34,300 nucleotides of DNA, from contig CP070754.1 of the NCBI GenBank assembly GCA_020348865.1, positions 873,947 to 908,246 on the forward strand, written 5' to 3'. Within the stretch, counting starts at the first letter, position 1; every line of letters starts with the position of its first letter. This document shows positions 17,015 through 26,873 of the stretch, piece by piece. The notes under the pieces were generated by a model that saw nothing but the letters and a program-made list of their open reading frames with translations, searched no databases and was not told the origin of the DNA. The translations under genes were made by a program, and so were the position numbers. This stretch comes from Candidatus Bathyarchaeota archaeon (GTDB taxonomy: Archaea > Thermoproteota > Bathyarchaeia > Bathyarchaeales > Bathyarchaeaceae).

Positions 17015-18295
17015 CTAGGTTAGCTTTCTCTTCTTCCTATATTCTTCAATGATTTCTTTAGCTCGGTCTAACCTCACCTTACGTTCTTCAACCATTCTCT
17101 GAACGATTCGTTCAACCAATTCCTCGGGTGCTCCAGCCATGATTGCTACGTTTCGAGCGTGCAGTGCCATGTGTCCTCTTTGAATGCCTTCGTGGGCGAG
17201 TGCCCTTAATGCCCCAAGGTTCTGAGCCAACCCTACAGCGGCCAAGACTTCAGCTAGCTCATTTGCGGTTTTAACTCCTAAAATCTTCAACGCTATTTTC
17301 GCCACGGGATGCACTCTGGTAGCGCCCCCAACTGTTCCAACGGCAATTGGTAACTCAATTGACCCAACAAGATCTCCGTCTTTGTTCTTCTCCCAAGCTG
17401 AAAGCGGGCTGTATTGACCTGTTCTTGCTGCGTAGGCATGAGCTCCGGCCTCTACAGCACGGTGATCATTGCATGTGGCGATTACGACGCCAATAATGCC
17501 ATTGAGTATGCCTTTGTTGTGGGTTGCAGCGCGATACGGGTCAGCAGCTGCGAAGTTGTAGGCTTCTATTATGCCTTCTACGACTTCTTCTCCACCCAAC
17601 TCTTCCTTAGGAACAACAGTCCATGCTTTTGCCAACCGTTTTGTGGCTAGGTTAGACAAGATTCTTAGATACACTCGACCATGAGTTATCCTTTCAATGA
17701 GCGGTGCTACAGCCTCAGCCATGGTGTTGACAGCGTTTGCTCCCATGGCGTCTCTGCAGTCTACGTGAAGCTCCGTGATGACCATTGGGCCACTTCTAGC
17801 TTGTATTACCTTTACGTCTAGGTCTTTAGCGCCTCCTCCAAGCGAGACTAGTAGAGGATCCTGTTTGTTCGCCTTCTGAAGGATTTTCTCTTTTGCCACC
17901 AAGATAGTCCTCTTAGCTTCGTAAGGATCATCGACATCCACTGTTTGTATTTGGCCAATCATGATCGGTTCGGTGCTGCTAGCGAAAAACCCTCCCTTCA
18001 ACCGGACCATCTTCGCAGCATAACTTGCTGCAGCTACCACTGAGGGCTCCTCAATTGCCATGGGAATGAGATAGTCCCGTCCGTTAACTAGGAAATTCAC
18101 CGCGATTCCCAGTGGGAGGGGAAAGGCTCCAATCACATTCTCGATCATTCGGTCAGCCAAGTCCATTTTCAAGGCTCCAGATGATTGAAGGATTTTAACT
18201 TCTTTATTCGTCAAATCGGCAAAGCCTTTCACAGTCTGCACTCTCTCTTCTGGGGTCAATTTGTAGAATCCGGAAATCTGAGATGTTCTTTTCAA
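17015..18295 (-). CDS. mvaA: HMG-CoA reductase, class II (bacterial/'degradative' type)
   Basis: ENVIG, EEPSVVAA, DAMGANAVN, RILSNL, THNKG, NDHRAVEA, GIQRGHMALH. Confidence 0.95.
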   Translation of the reverse strand: MKRTSQISGFYKLTPEERVQTVKGFADLTNKEVKILQSSGALKMDLADRMIENVIGAFPLPLGIAVNFLVNGRDYLIPMAIEEPSVVAAASYAAKMVRLKGGFFASSTEPIMIGQIQTVDVDDPYEAKRTILVAKEKILQKANKQDPLLVSLGGGAKDLDVKVIQARSGPMVITELHVDCRDAMGANAVNTMAEAVAPLIERITHGRVYLRILSNLATKRLAKAWTVVPKEELGGEEVVEGIIEAYNFAAADPYRAATHNKGILNGIIGVVIATCNDHRAVEAGAHAYAARTGQYSPLSAWEKNKDGDLVGSIELPIAVGTVGGATRVHPVAKIALKILGVKTANELAEVLAAVGLAQNLGALRALAHEGIQRGHMALHARNVAIMAGAPEELVERIVQRMVEERKVRLDRAKEIIEEYRKKRKLT

Positions 18296-18362
18296 TCTGA
18301 ACCCCTTCGTTGGCTATTTCTACTAGATGAGTGGGATATGAATTTAACCCCACCCAGACACA

Positions 18363-19037
18363 CTAGTGAACACGCTGTCCCAGATACTCCAGAACGAAAA
18401 GATAACGAGAATCTCGCTTCTTCAAGTTGTGTACTTTATCCTCATTATAGAAGATCATCCTTAGCTTTGGAAAGAACGAGAGGAGTTCATCACTCTTGAA
18501 GTAGTGAAAATGTTGACGATGTTTCTTATGATAGTATGTGTTCTCCTCAACCAGTTCTAACTCATGCAGCCTCTTGCTATGCTTGAAGTTCTCAACTGAG
18601 AAGGTGTACACATAGATCAGGCCTTTTCTGGCTAGACCTGCATTCATCTTCCGAGTGATGTCCTCAATATCCGCTTTGGGAAAAAGCTGGAGGATCTTTG
18701 AGGCGATGATCAGTACATAATGTTTCTCTGGAATATCGAACTCACGAATATCCGTATTATGGGCAGTCAGCTCAAGTTTCTCATCTTTAGCTCGGTCTTT
18801 CATCCGTCTTGAATAGGTCTTCGAGACGTCCACGTAGTCGACATCATGACCCAATTTAGCAAAGAAGAGAGCATTTCGCCCATTACCTGCTCCTAGATCC
18901 AGCACAGGACCCTGTGGAATCAGGTGAAGATACTCGATGAGTTTCCAGTTTGGTTCGAGCTTCCATTGTCCCTTCAATTTGAGATATGCTTGTGTCCATA
19001 GTTGATCCTGCTCCACCACTCTCAGCACCTCACGCAT
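18363..19037 (-). CDS. Class I SAM-dependent methyltransferase (TehB-like)
   Basis: VLDLGAGNGRNALFFAKLG motif I; HYF...EL...F in the C-terminal part. Confidence 0.85.
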   Translation of the reverse strand: MREVLRVVEQDQLWTQAYLKLKGQWKLEPNWKLIEYLHLIPQGPVLDLGAGNGRNALFFAKLGHDVDYVDVSKTYSRRMKDRAKDEKLELTAHNTDIREFDIPEKHYVLIIASKILQLFPKADIEDITRKMNAGLARKGLIYVYTFSVENFKHSKRLHELELVEENTYYHKKHRQHFHYFKSDELLSFFPKLRMIFYNEDKVHNLKKRDSRYLFVLEYLGQRVH

Positions 19038-19049
19038 GCATGGAAGGAA

Positions 19050-20516
19050 TCATATTTTAACTCCTTCCTTCCTGCCTTTCTCTAGCTCCCCTTCCTTACG
19101 TGTATGTACGTTCAAAAACTGGCGATGCCAACAACCCCTATCTCCCTGAATATATGTGATTAGGCACCTAACTCTCGCGCAGATATTGACGAAATTTAAA
19201 ACATAGAATAGAGGAGCGTATGGCAAAAGATACCTGTGATTGTATTCTCCATAGGAGAATTTTAGGGCTATTCCTTGATAAATTGTCCCAACGAACATTG
19301 CAAAAAGAATGTAAATCAGCACGTTTATGAGAAAGAATACTCTGTCCGGTGCAAACCACAGAAAGAGTGGTAGACTAAGTAATGCTGCAAGTTCGATTAT
19401 GCCGCAGCAATAGGCTAAAACTAGTGAGCACCACAAAACTAGGCTCAACCAGCTTCTCTGAAGAAGAAGATCCTTGTGGACAGCCACCAAATTGTGAATC
19501 CAGCCTGTAAACCATCTTAATCGCTGGTTCCAGAAGGCTTTGAAGGAAGTAGGCGCCACAGTTGCGCTTCTAGCTCTATCAGCATAACCCACTGACACCC
19601 CTCTCTTCTGCAGCTCCAAGGTAATTTCAAGATCTTCCGTCACAGATTTTACTGCTTTCTCGTCCAATACATCTCTTAGGATATGAGCCCTATACAAGCC
19701 CATTGGTCCAGGAACCACTGGAACTGCATTTCCCAGAGCATGAGCATTGCGGAAGATGCCGAGTCCTAGACTGTATTCTAGCTGTTGGAGTATTGTATAG
19801 AGATGATGCTCATTCTCTCCATCTGTAGGGTGTATATAACCGCTGATGGCGCCTTTTCCCTCTTCATTCATATGTCTGATCAACTTGGTAAGAGCGACAG
19901 GATCCCACCACGTGTCAGAGTCCACCGTAGCTACGAGCTCTCCCGAAGCTTTACTGACAGCCGTTCGAATAGCCTCAACCTTTCCCAGGTTTGTACTGTG
20001 CCGAACAACCTTTCCATGGACGCTGGGCCATAAGCTTTGATTTTCCCGCATGGCTTCCCACGCGGCTTCATAGGTATTATCGTTGCTTCCATCATCGACC
20101 ACGATGATTTCGCAAGACCCAAGATAATCTACCGCAGTCTTGAAAAGGCTTGTGATACATCGTGAAATCAGCTTCTCCTCGTCGTAGGCTGGAACAACAA
20201 ACGAAACAGTGGGGAAGTCAGTCAACCTGCTAGGTTTCCTTCGCCGTCTCCAAATCCAAGCAGCTACTACTAGAACGCCCTCTAGTCCTATGGCAAAAAT
20301 GACATACAACGTGAAGAAGGCGAGGAGTGTTCCATGCCACAACCAGTGAGCAACTTGAACAGAAGGGATGTACCCAAAACCATGAACAACAATATACCCG
20401 GCGAAAGTCGGGAACCATCGCCAAATGATATATGCTAAGACAAGTGGTGAAGCGAAAAGCAGGTATGTCAGCTTCAAAACCTTTTGCTTTTTTGCTGCTT
20501 CCCCACTCTTATCCAC
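19050..20516 (-). CDS. Processive-type GT2 membrane glycosyltransferase (CESA/PgaC-like)
   Basis: VPAYDEE, DDGSND, GK..A, DSD, TED and QRLRW; TM helices at both ends. Confidence 0.9.
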   Translation of the reverse strand: MDKSGEAAKKQKVLKLTYLLFASPLVLAYIIWRWFPTFAGYIVVHGFGYIPSVQVAHWLWHGTLLAFFTLYVIFAIGLEGVLVVAAWIWRRRRKPSRLTDFPTVSFVVPAYDEEKLISRCITSLFKTAVDYLGSCEIIVVDDGSNDNTYEAAWEAMRENQSLWPSVHGKVVRHSTNLGKVEAIRTAVSKASGELVATVDSDTWWDPVALTKLIRHMNEEGKGAISGYIHPTDGENEHHLYTILQQLEYSLGLGIFRNAHALGNAVPVVPGPMGLYRAHILRDVLDEKAVKSVTEDLEITLELQKRGVSVGYADRARSATVAPTSFKAFWNQRLRWFTGWIHNLVAVHKDLLLQRSWLSLVLWCSLVLAYCCGIIELAALLSLPLFLWFAPDRVFFLINVLIYILFAMFVGTIYQGIALKFSYGEYNHRYLLPYAPLFYVLNFVNICARVRCLITYIQGDRGCWHRQFLNVHTRKEGELEKGRKEGVKI

Positions 20517-20701
20517 GATGCCTCTCCCTTCTCCAAACGCAACTTGCGCGAACTACTTAAGAGTCTTTGGGGCACGGGTCTCTTAAATAATCAATCATGC
20601 ACGTATGATTTGACCCGACTGCGTTGATTCCAAGATATTGTTCAGCAAAAGATGGTCAGCTTTTGACAATCAGATCGCCAACAGTTTGTTTCTCTCATGA
20701 C

Positions 20702-20720
20702 CTCTTGAGCTACTCAAGAG
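20702..20720. promoter_or_regulatory. 8-bp perfect inverted repeat in the UbiA-GT2 spacer
   Basis: CTCTTGAG-CTA-CTCAAGAG. Confidence 0.35.
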
Positions 20721-20783
20721 CCTTTGACCGCTCAGACCATTCTGGTTGGTTGGATTAAAATCTAACTCCACAAACACCAAGAA

Positions 20784-21758
20784 TCAGAAGATGAATTTGC
20801 TCACCAAAAGTATAATCGACAATAGACTATAGGCTTGAGTAACCAGCATTATCCACTTTGGATTATCTGACGACAAACTCACGATCTTCTCCTCCAAAAC
20901 ACTGCAGTCTTCATCATCCAAAGTCTCATATCTCTTTGAGAGAGAGAACAGTCTCCTAAACTTTGCCAGAACAAGCACTACCACCATTGGTATTGCCGGA
21001 ATAAAGATAGTAAACCACAACTGTTGGTTAAGAAACCACTCCAAAAATAGTGCTGTTCCAGTCAATACTGCACCAACACTCAAAAGGATGGTTCCTAACA
21101 AAGCAGCTCTGGACAGCCCCAAACGTACTGTCAATGTCTTGATTTGCATCGCTTTGTCTCCGAAATAATCCCGAAGTTCAGTGGGACTAATAACCCCATA
21201 CACAGTTAGAGCCAGACCACCAAGAGAAATAAGAAAAAACATGTTGATTTCAAAGGTGAAGGTGAAAAAAGCATACAATACAGGAAATATTGCGAGAACG
21301 AGAACCAAGGAGACTGGGGCAACCCAAGATCTAGATTTTAACCTTAAAGGAGGAGCACAATACGCAACTCCAAGGGAAATGCCAACGATCCACAAAGGAA
21401 GCAGTATCCAATTCTGTGATATGAGCGCAAATATTGAAACTAGGACAAGGGTCAAACAGAATTCAAGGATCATAATTGTCTTGACTCTTCTATGCCCAAA
21501 GGAGTCTAAGGCTTGAACTAATTCCTTTTTGCGTTCATCTTTCAGGTCTAGTTCATAATCAGAAAGTGTGTTCGCCTGTGCGCCTATCGCAGAACTGAGG
21601 TTTATTATAGAAAAAGATAGGACCACCAAGACTACTCCATTAATCAAACCTAATGGCGGACTAGCGCCCCATGCAAGCCCCATTATTAGTGAACCCAGAT
21701 TTGGCAGTAAGAATTCAGATCTAGATATTGTAGCCAGCAACTTCACAGAGTTAGACAT
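20784..21758 (-). CDS. UbiA-family prenyltransferase
   Basis: NTLSDYELDLKD, Y..PPLRLK and ELRDYFGD...IKTL.V.LG Asp-rich motifs; about nine TM segments. Confidence 0.9.
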   Translation of the reverse strand: MSNSVKLLATISRSEFLLPNLGSLIMGLAWGASPPLGLINGVVLVVLSFSIINLSSAIGAQANTLSDYELDLKDERKKELVQALDSFGHRRVKTIMILEFCLTLVLVSIFALISQNWILLPLWIVGISLGVAYCAPPLRLKSRSWVAPVSLVLVLAIFPVLYAFFTFTFEINMFFLISLGGLALTVYGVISPTELRDYFGDKAMQIKTLTVRLGLSRAALLGTILLSVGAVLTGTALFLEWFLNQQLWFTIFIPAIPMVVVLVLAKFRRLFSLSKRYETLDDEDCSVLEEKIVSLSSDNPKWIMLVTQAYSLLSIILLVSKFIF

Positions 21759-21916
21759 AGTAAAAGAGCCATGCTATCATAATATAAAGCTATTTTTTCG
21801 TTGTGTGTGGGGATTGAGATTTGACCCCACTCATATTGCAGTATCCATCCCCCATGAGAACAAGAAAGAGATACTAGGTGCAATTGCACACTACACTGAC
21901 AAAGGATGGTGATTCT

Positions 21917-22414
21917 GTGTCAACTGCGGAAACGATAGAGCTGAAACCTGTAGGATTCGTCAAGACTGGGGCAACTGGGAAAGGAATTAGGGAAAAACGT
22001 GTCACTTCGCAGATTGTCCTTCATCCAGGTTTGGAAGAGGCTTTGGATGGGATCGAAGACTTTTCCCACATATTTGTGATATTCTGGATGCACAAACTTC
22101 CTGAGGAAAAGAGGGAAACGAAGAAAGTTCATCCTAGAGGCAGGAGTGACATGCCACTTCTAGGGGTTTTCGCGACTAGGACTCCTCATCGTCCAAACCC
22201 TCTGGGATTAACACTAGTTGAGCTCTTGAATGTGAAGGGCAACAAGATAACTGTTCGTGGCTTGGACGCCTTCGACGGCACACCAGTCTTGGATGTGAAA
22301 CCTTTTGACTACTGGGACATGAACAAGGATGCAAAGGTTCCAAGCTGGTGGATGAAGCTAAGAGCACAAAGTTCTAGAATTGTACACGCAAGGGATGATT
22401 CTGAAGGCTTTTAA
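21917..22414 (+). CDS. trmO: tRNA m6t6A37 methyltransferase TrmO (TsaA family)
   Basis: LKPVG.V, LDGIEDFSHI..IFWMH, GVFATRTPHRPNPLG, GLDAFDGTPVLDVKP. Start GTG 21917 follows GGTGA. Confidence 0.9.
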   Translation: MSTAETIELKPVGFVKTGATGKGIREKRVTSQIVLHPGLEEALDGIEDFSHIFVIFWMHKLPEEKRETKKVHPRGRSDMPLLGVFATRTPHRPNPLGLTLVELLNVKGNKITVRGLDAFDGTPVLDVKPFDYWDMNKDAKVPSWWMKLRAQSSRIVHARDDSEGF

Positions 22415-22451
22415 GAGTCACACATATTGGATAGTTGAGGATGGTCGTGCC

Positions 22452-22907
22452 ATGTGGAAGGTCAAGGACGTAATGATTACTGATGTGGTAACTGTAGACG
22501 TGGGCGTAAACATCAAGCAGGCGGTTGAACGAATGAACAATCAAGGGATAGGCTGTTTGGTTGTGCTGGAGAAGGGACACTTCGCAGGAATATTAACTGA
22601 ACGTGACGTGTTGAGAAGAGTCGTGGCCAAAGCTCTGAACGCAGAAAAAACGCTTGTAGGAGACGTTATGTCCAAACCCTTGACAGTTGTTGACCCGGAA
22701 ACAGATCTGGAAGACGCAGTCAAACTAATGTTTGAAAAGCAAATCAAGAAACTGACAGTTATAAAAGACAAGAAGCTTGTCGGTCTTGTTACAATGACAG
22801 ACATAGCAAGCGTTCAATCGAAAATGATCGAGCACATAAAAGAACTCGCCGCAAAATATGATCTACCGAAAAGGATGCAGAAAGTTGTACGATACTACGT
22901 CGCGTGA
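22452..22907 (+). CDS. CBS-domain pair protein
   Basis: KVKDVM...IGCLVV...GILTERD...VGDVMSKP...GLVTMTDI. ATG 22452 is preferred to avoid overlap with trmO. Confidence 0.9.
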   Translation: MWKVKDVMITDVVTVDVGVNIKQAVERMNNQGIGCLVVLEKGHFAGILTERDVLRRVVAKALNAEKTLVGDVMSKPLTVVDPETDLEDAVKLMFEKQIKKLTVIKDKKLVGLVTMTDIASVQSKMIEHIKELAAKYDLPKRMQKVVRYYVA

Positions 22908-23175
22908 CGCGCAATGTTTCAGATGCACGCATAGAGCATTAAAAGATTTAAGAGCGCCACTACATTATTCTATGCTGATGAATTCACCAGATGTAATCAT
23001 CCCCCTTTACGTATTGACTAGGATAGTTCGATTCACATTTGATACAATAAAAAAACAACTGTTATGACGTTCGCATTGGCACCAAGAAACACTAAACCAG
23101 TTTACGTGAAGCGTCGGTCAAACAGTCCAACCCAAACATCATTCATGAACTGGGCAGGGGGCGAAAGGAAGCAAA

Positions 23176-24225
23176 ATGGCGAAAAAAGCCATGCTCTATG
23201 AAGAGTTGCCAGAAGACAACGTGCGATGCAACCTTTGTGGAAGACGCTGCATAATACCTGAAGGCGCTGCAGGATTCTGTCTGGTTAGAAGAAACGAGAA
23301 AGGTGAGCTTCAATCGCTTGTGTACGCGAAAGCATGCTCCGCTTGTGTTGATCCAATCACAAAGAAACCGCTTTCTCACTTCAACCCAGGCTCGCAGGTC
23401 ATGTCTATAGCCACGGTCGGCTGCAACTTCCGCTGTCGATTCTGCGACAACTGGGCAATCAGCCAGGAAAAGAGAATTCAGGGATACGACTTCCCTCCGA
23501 AAGAGGTTGTGAAAGCCGCAAAGGATAACGGCTGCCAAGGGATAAGCTACACCTATACTGAACCAACAATCTTCTTCGAGTATGCTTATGACACGGCAAC
23601 GTTGGCTAGCAAAGAAGGGCTCTTCAACACGATTGTGACCAACGGTTACATGGCCAGCGAAGCGATTCGGTCAATAGCTCCAGTTCTGGACGCTGCAACG
23701 GTGGATTTCAAGGGCGCTGGAGACCTAGAATTCTACAAGAAGTTTGCAGGCGTTCCATCCGTAGAGCCTATTTATGAGTCCCTCAAAGAAATGAAGAAAT
23801 GCAACATACATATTGAGGTAACCAACCTAGTGGTTCCAAAGATCGGAGAATCGATGGAGACAATCCGTGAATTAGCAACATGGATAAGAGACAACCTTGG
23901 AAAAGACACCGTGTTTCATCTGCTCAGGTTCAATCCTAACTATCAAGCAACTGAGATTCCGTCAACTCCTTTGGAGACGCTTGAACATGCCTGTGATGTA
24001 TCACGTGAGGTTGGCCTCAACTATGTGTATATGGGGAATGTTCCAGGACACCGATACGAGAATACCCATTGTCCAAGTTGTGAAAAGCTGCTAATCAAAC
24101 GGTTCAGTTTTGAAATCGTAGAATGGCATCTAACTGAAGACATGTGCTGTCCAGCATGCGGACAAAAAATAGCCATACAAGGACAGTTCCATCCAGGTGG
24201 CGTATCATACCCATACGTCATTTGA
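23176..24225 (+). CDS. amrS: AmmeMemoRadiSam system radical SAM enzyme
   Basis: C..C.R.C.I..G..GFC.VR.N, DPITKKPLSHF.PGS, GCNFRCRFCDNW.ISQ, YTYTEPT, YVYMGNVPGH, C-terminal CP.C pairs. Confidence 0.9.
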   Translation: MAKKAMLYEELPEDNVRCNLCGRRCIIPEGAAGFCLVRRNEKGELQSLVYAKACSACVDPITKKPLSHFNPGSQVMSIATVGCNFRCRFCDNWAISQEKRIQGYDFPPKEVVKAAKDNGCQGISYTYTEPTIFFEYAYDTATLASKEGLFNTIVTNGYMASEAIRSIAPVLDAATVDFKGAGDLEFYKKFAGVPSVEPIYESLKEMKKCNIHIEVTNLVVPKIGESMETIRELATWIRDNLGKDTVFHLLRFNPNYQATEIPSTPLETLEHACDVSREVGLNYVYMGNVPGHRYENTHCPSCEKLLIKRFSFEIVEWHLTEDMCCPACGQKIAIQGQFHPGGVSYPYVI

Positions 24226-24306
24226 CAACTGGATTTCCGTCCCGCAAAGAACATCCACGCACTTTATACCTGAACCTCTGATTGTTTACTCAAAGGACCA
24301 AACGCA

Positions 24307-25398
24307 ATGTGGGTACTCGGAAGACCCGACGCAGCAGCTGTCCTAAAGGACAAAAAGGCTCGAGCAAGCCTAACCAGATACTTCGATGTGATGCAAGACG
24401 ACAAACCAGCCAAGTTCATGATTGCCAAAAGACTGAGTGCAGATTTTCGTATTCACGATTCATCTGCAAAACTATGGAAACTTCACACCCAACTCACCAA
24501 AGAATTCTGTAGCCTACAACAGCAAATCGATTCGCGCCGAAACCGGCTGGAAGAGCTAGAAACTCCGGAAAAATCATACCTTGACCTGAAAATCGAAATC
24601 TCAAAACGCATTCTAGAAAGCTGTCACTTCTGCACTCGCAGATGCGAGGTCAACAGACTCGGAGGAGAGCTTGGATACTGCAAGTGTGGAACCAAAATAA
24701 CAGTATCCACTATGTTCCCGCACACCGGTGAAGAACCAGAACTCGTCCCATCCGGAACAATCTTCACTCTCGGCTGCACCCTACAGTGTCGCCACTGCCA
24801 AAACTGGTCCATATCTCAATGGCATGAGAAGGGGGAAACCTTTTCACCAAAACAATTGGCTGAAGCCGTAAAACACTTGCGTAGTAGTGGATGCAGAAAC
24901 GTCAATCTGGTTGGAGGCGACCCAACGCCTTGGCTTCACATGTGGCTTGAAACGTTTCGACATGTCAACGTGAATGTTCCCGTGGTTTGGAACTCCAACT
25001 CCTACTACAGCAAAGAAACCGCGAAACTACTCGCTGGGTTCACCGATGTTTACCTTCTTGACTTCAAATACGGGTCGAACAGATGTGCCAGAAAGATTTC
25101 AGACGCACCTAACTATTGGGAAGCGTGCACCAGAAATCACGTAACCGGTATGAAATACGGTGAACTTCTTATCCGTATCCTAGTCCTGCCTGAACATCTT
25201 GACTGTTGCACAAAACCTATTCTGAGCTGGATCGTTCAAAACCTCGGAAAACAAATCAGAACAAACATCATGTTTCAATATCGACCCGAATGGAGAGCAC
25301 GCGAAATCCAAGAGCTGCGAAGAAGACTCACCAAACACGAGAGAGAACAAGCCATCAAACTTGCTAAAGAAACCGGATTGACCAACTTCATAACATAA
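24307..25398 (+). CDS. PflX-like radical SAM Fe-S protein
   Basis: CHFCTRRCEVNR..GELGYC, H.GEEPELVPSGTIF..GCTLQCRHCQNW.ISQ, NLVGGDPTP, DFKYG, MFQYRP. Confidence 0.85.
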   Translation: MWVLGRPDAAAVLKDKKARASLTRYFDVMQDDKPAKFMIAKRLSADFRIHDSSAKLWKLHTQLTKEFCSLQQQIDSRRNRLEELETPEKSYLDLKIEISKRILESCHFCTRRCEVNRLGGELGYCKCGTKITVSTMFPHTGEEPELVPSGTIFTLGCTLQCRHCQNWSISQWHEKGETFSPKQLAEAVKHLRSSGCRNVNLVGGDPTPWLHMWLETFRHVNVNVPVVWNSNSYYSKETAKLLAGFTDVYLLDFKYGSNRCARKISDAPNYWEACTRNHVTGMKYGELLIRILVLPEHLDCCTKPILSWIVQNLGKQIRTNIMFQYRPEWRAREIQELRRRLTKHEREQAIKLAKETGLTNFIT

Positions 25399-25566
25399 TC
25401 TTCTGAGGTTACAACATAATTTTCATTCTCTTTTCCTGAACAACAACAAGGCGTTGTAGCTGCAAATGTGCAAGCATACACTGTGCATCAGAAATGAAAC
25501 CAAAACCTATTTCTCATGGTAGTATGCTCTATGTTGAGAAGGAAAACTTGAGAAGGCGAAGAATGT

Positions 25567-25773
25567 ATGGGTTACTGTCCTGAATGTGGTGGTGAGCTGA
25601 AGTACATTTCAGCGACAAAACATTATGCATGCAAAAGCTGCGGGCTCTCTCTTACGTCTCAAGAACTCACGGAGGCACGTCAAAAGCTGCGACCAAGCTC
25701 CGAATCTGAAGAGGAGCAACGACGGAAAGAGCGCAGAGACTACCTGAAGTGGTGGCTCGGCAAAAAAAAGTAG
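25567..25773 (+). CDS. Small zinc-ribbon protein
   Basis: CPECGG...CKSCG followed by a charged helix ending YLKWWL. Confidence 0.8.
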   Translation: MGYCPECGGELKYISATKHYACKSCGLSLTSQELTEARQKLRPSSESEEEQRRKERRDYLKWWLGKKK

Positions 25774-25923
25774 AAGATCACAATGCATAATGGGAGTCAT
25801 TTGGCTAGGCAATAGGCTCTTTTTCACGGCAGGATGATGCACTATTCGATATCCAGTAGGTATCGTCGTGTAACCTCTATTTATATATCAAATTGACGTT
25901 TCAGGTCGTTGGAGAAAGTTGAC

Positions 25924-26748
25924 ATGGTCTGTTCAACAGAAATCTTGTGTGTTGGAACGGAACTTCTGATTGGAAAGACTCTAAACACAAACGCTCATTG
26001 GTTGGCGAAGCGAATAACGAGTCTAGGAGGCGAAGTAACGAGAATCACAGTGGTTAGAGACGACGTGGGTGAAATCGCATCTTCTGTGGAAGAGGCCATG
26101 CATCGGAAACCTCGTTTCTTATTCACCGTAGGTGGACTTGGACCAACGTTTGACGACAAAACATTAGAGGGCGTTGCAAAGGCGTTGCGGTGCAAATTGA
26201 AAGTTGTCGATGAAGCCTTGAAAAGTGTGGAGGAAAAATACCAGATGCACGTGAGAGAAGGACTAGTAGAGAAAGCGGAGTTGACTCCGCCTCGGGTCAA
26301 AATGGCGAAGCTTCCCGAACTGGCTGAGCCCTTGTTCAATCCTGTGGGAACTGCTCCAGGGGTGATTCTAAAACATGACACCACAACTGTAGTGGCGCTT
26401 CCCGGGGTTCCGTCTGAAATGATTGCTATATTCGAGGGGCCTGTTGCCTCCGTTCTCAAACAAGCTGCAGGCAACATGACGTTTTTTGAGGCAAGCATAA
26501 ACGTGACTGGTGTTATGGAGTCGGAAATGGCTCCAATCATCGACCGGGTGATGCAGGATAACCCCTACGTCTACATAAAATCTCATCCCAAAGGTGAGGA
26601 GGGAATCTCCAAGATAGAATTTCACCTCTCAACAACCTCCGAAAACCCCAGTGCAGCCAGAAAACATCTCAGCAAAGCCTTTGTCCAACTGTCAGACACA
26701 GTTGTGAAGAAGGGCGGCAAAATCAAGCCTGTCAGGACAGAGATTTGA
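25924..26748 (+). CDS. CinA N-terminal-type (COG1058, molybdopterin-binding fold) protein
   Basis: EILCVGTELLIG.T.NTNA.WL, GGLGPTFDD.T, NPVGTAPG, LPGVPSEM, YIKSHP; no C-terminal NMN deamidase domain. Confidence 0.9.
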   Translation: MVCSTEILCVGTELLIGKTLNTNAHWLAKRITSLGGEVTRITVVRDDVGEIASSVEEAMHRKPRFLFTVGGLGPTFDDKTLEGVAKALRCKLKVVDEALKSVEEKYQMHVREGLVEKAELTPPRVKMAKLPELAEPLFNPVGTAPGVILKHDTTTVVALPGVPSEMIAIFEGPVASVLKQAAGNMTFFEASINVTGVMESEMAPIIDRVMQDNPYVYIKSHPKGEEGISKIEFHLSTTSENPSAARKHLSKAFVQLSDTVVKKGGKIKPVRTEI

Positions 26749-26873
26749 TGCTGCCGGAGACATTCCACCCGTAAATTCGTTTCTTGCAGTCTTCTTTCTT
26801 GCTCACGATTCGAGCTTCTCTTCTACAGATTATCGATAAATATCGTGCTTTCTGAATCCTTAAGAATTGCTCA

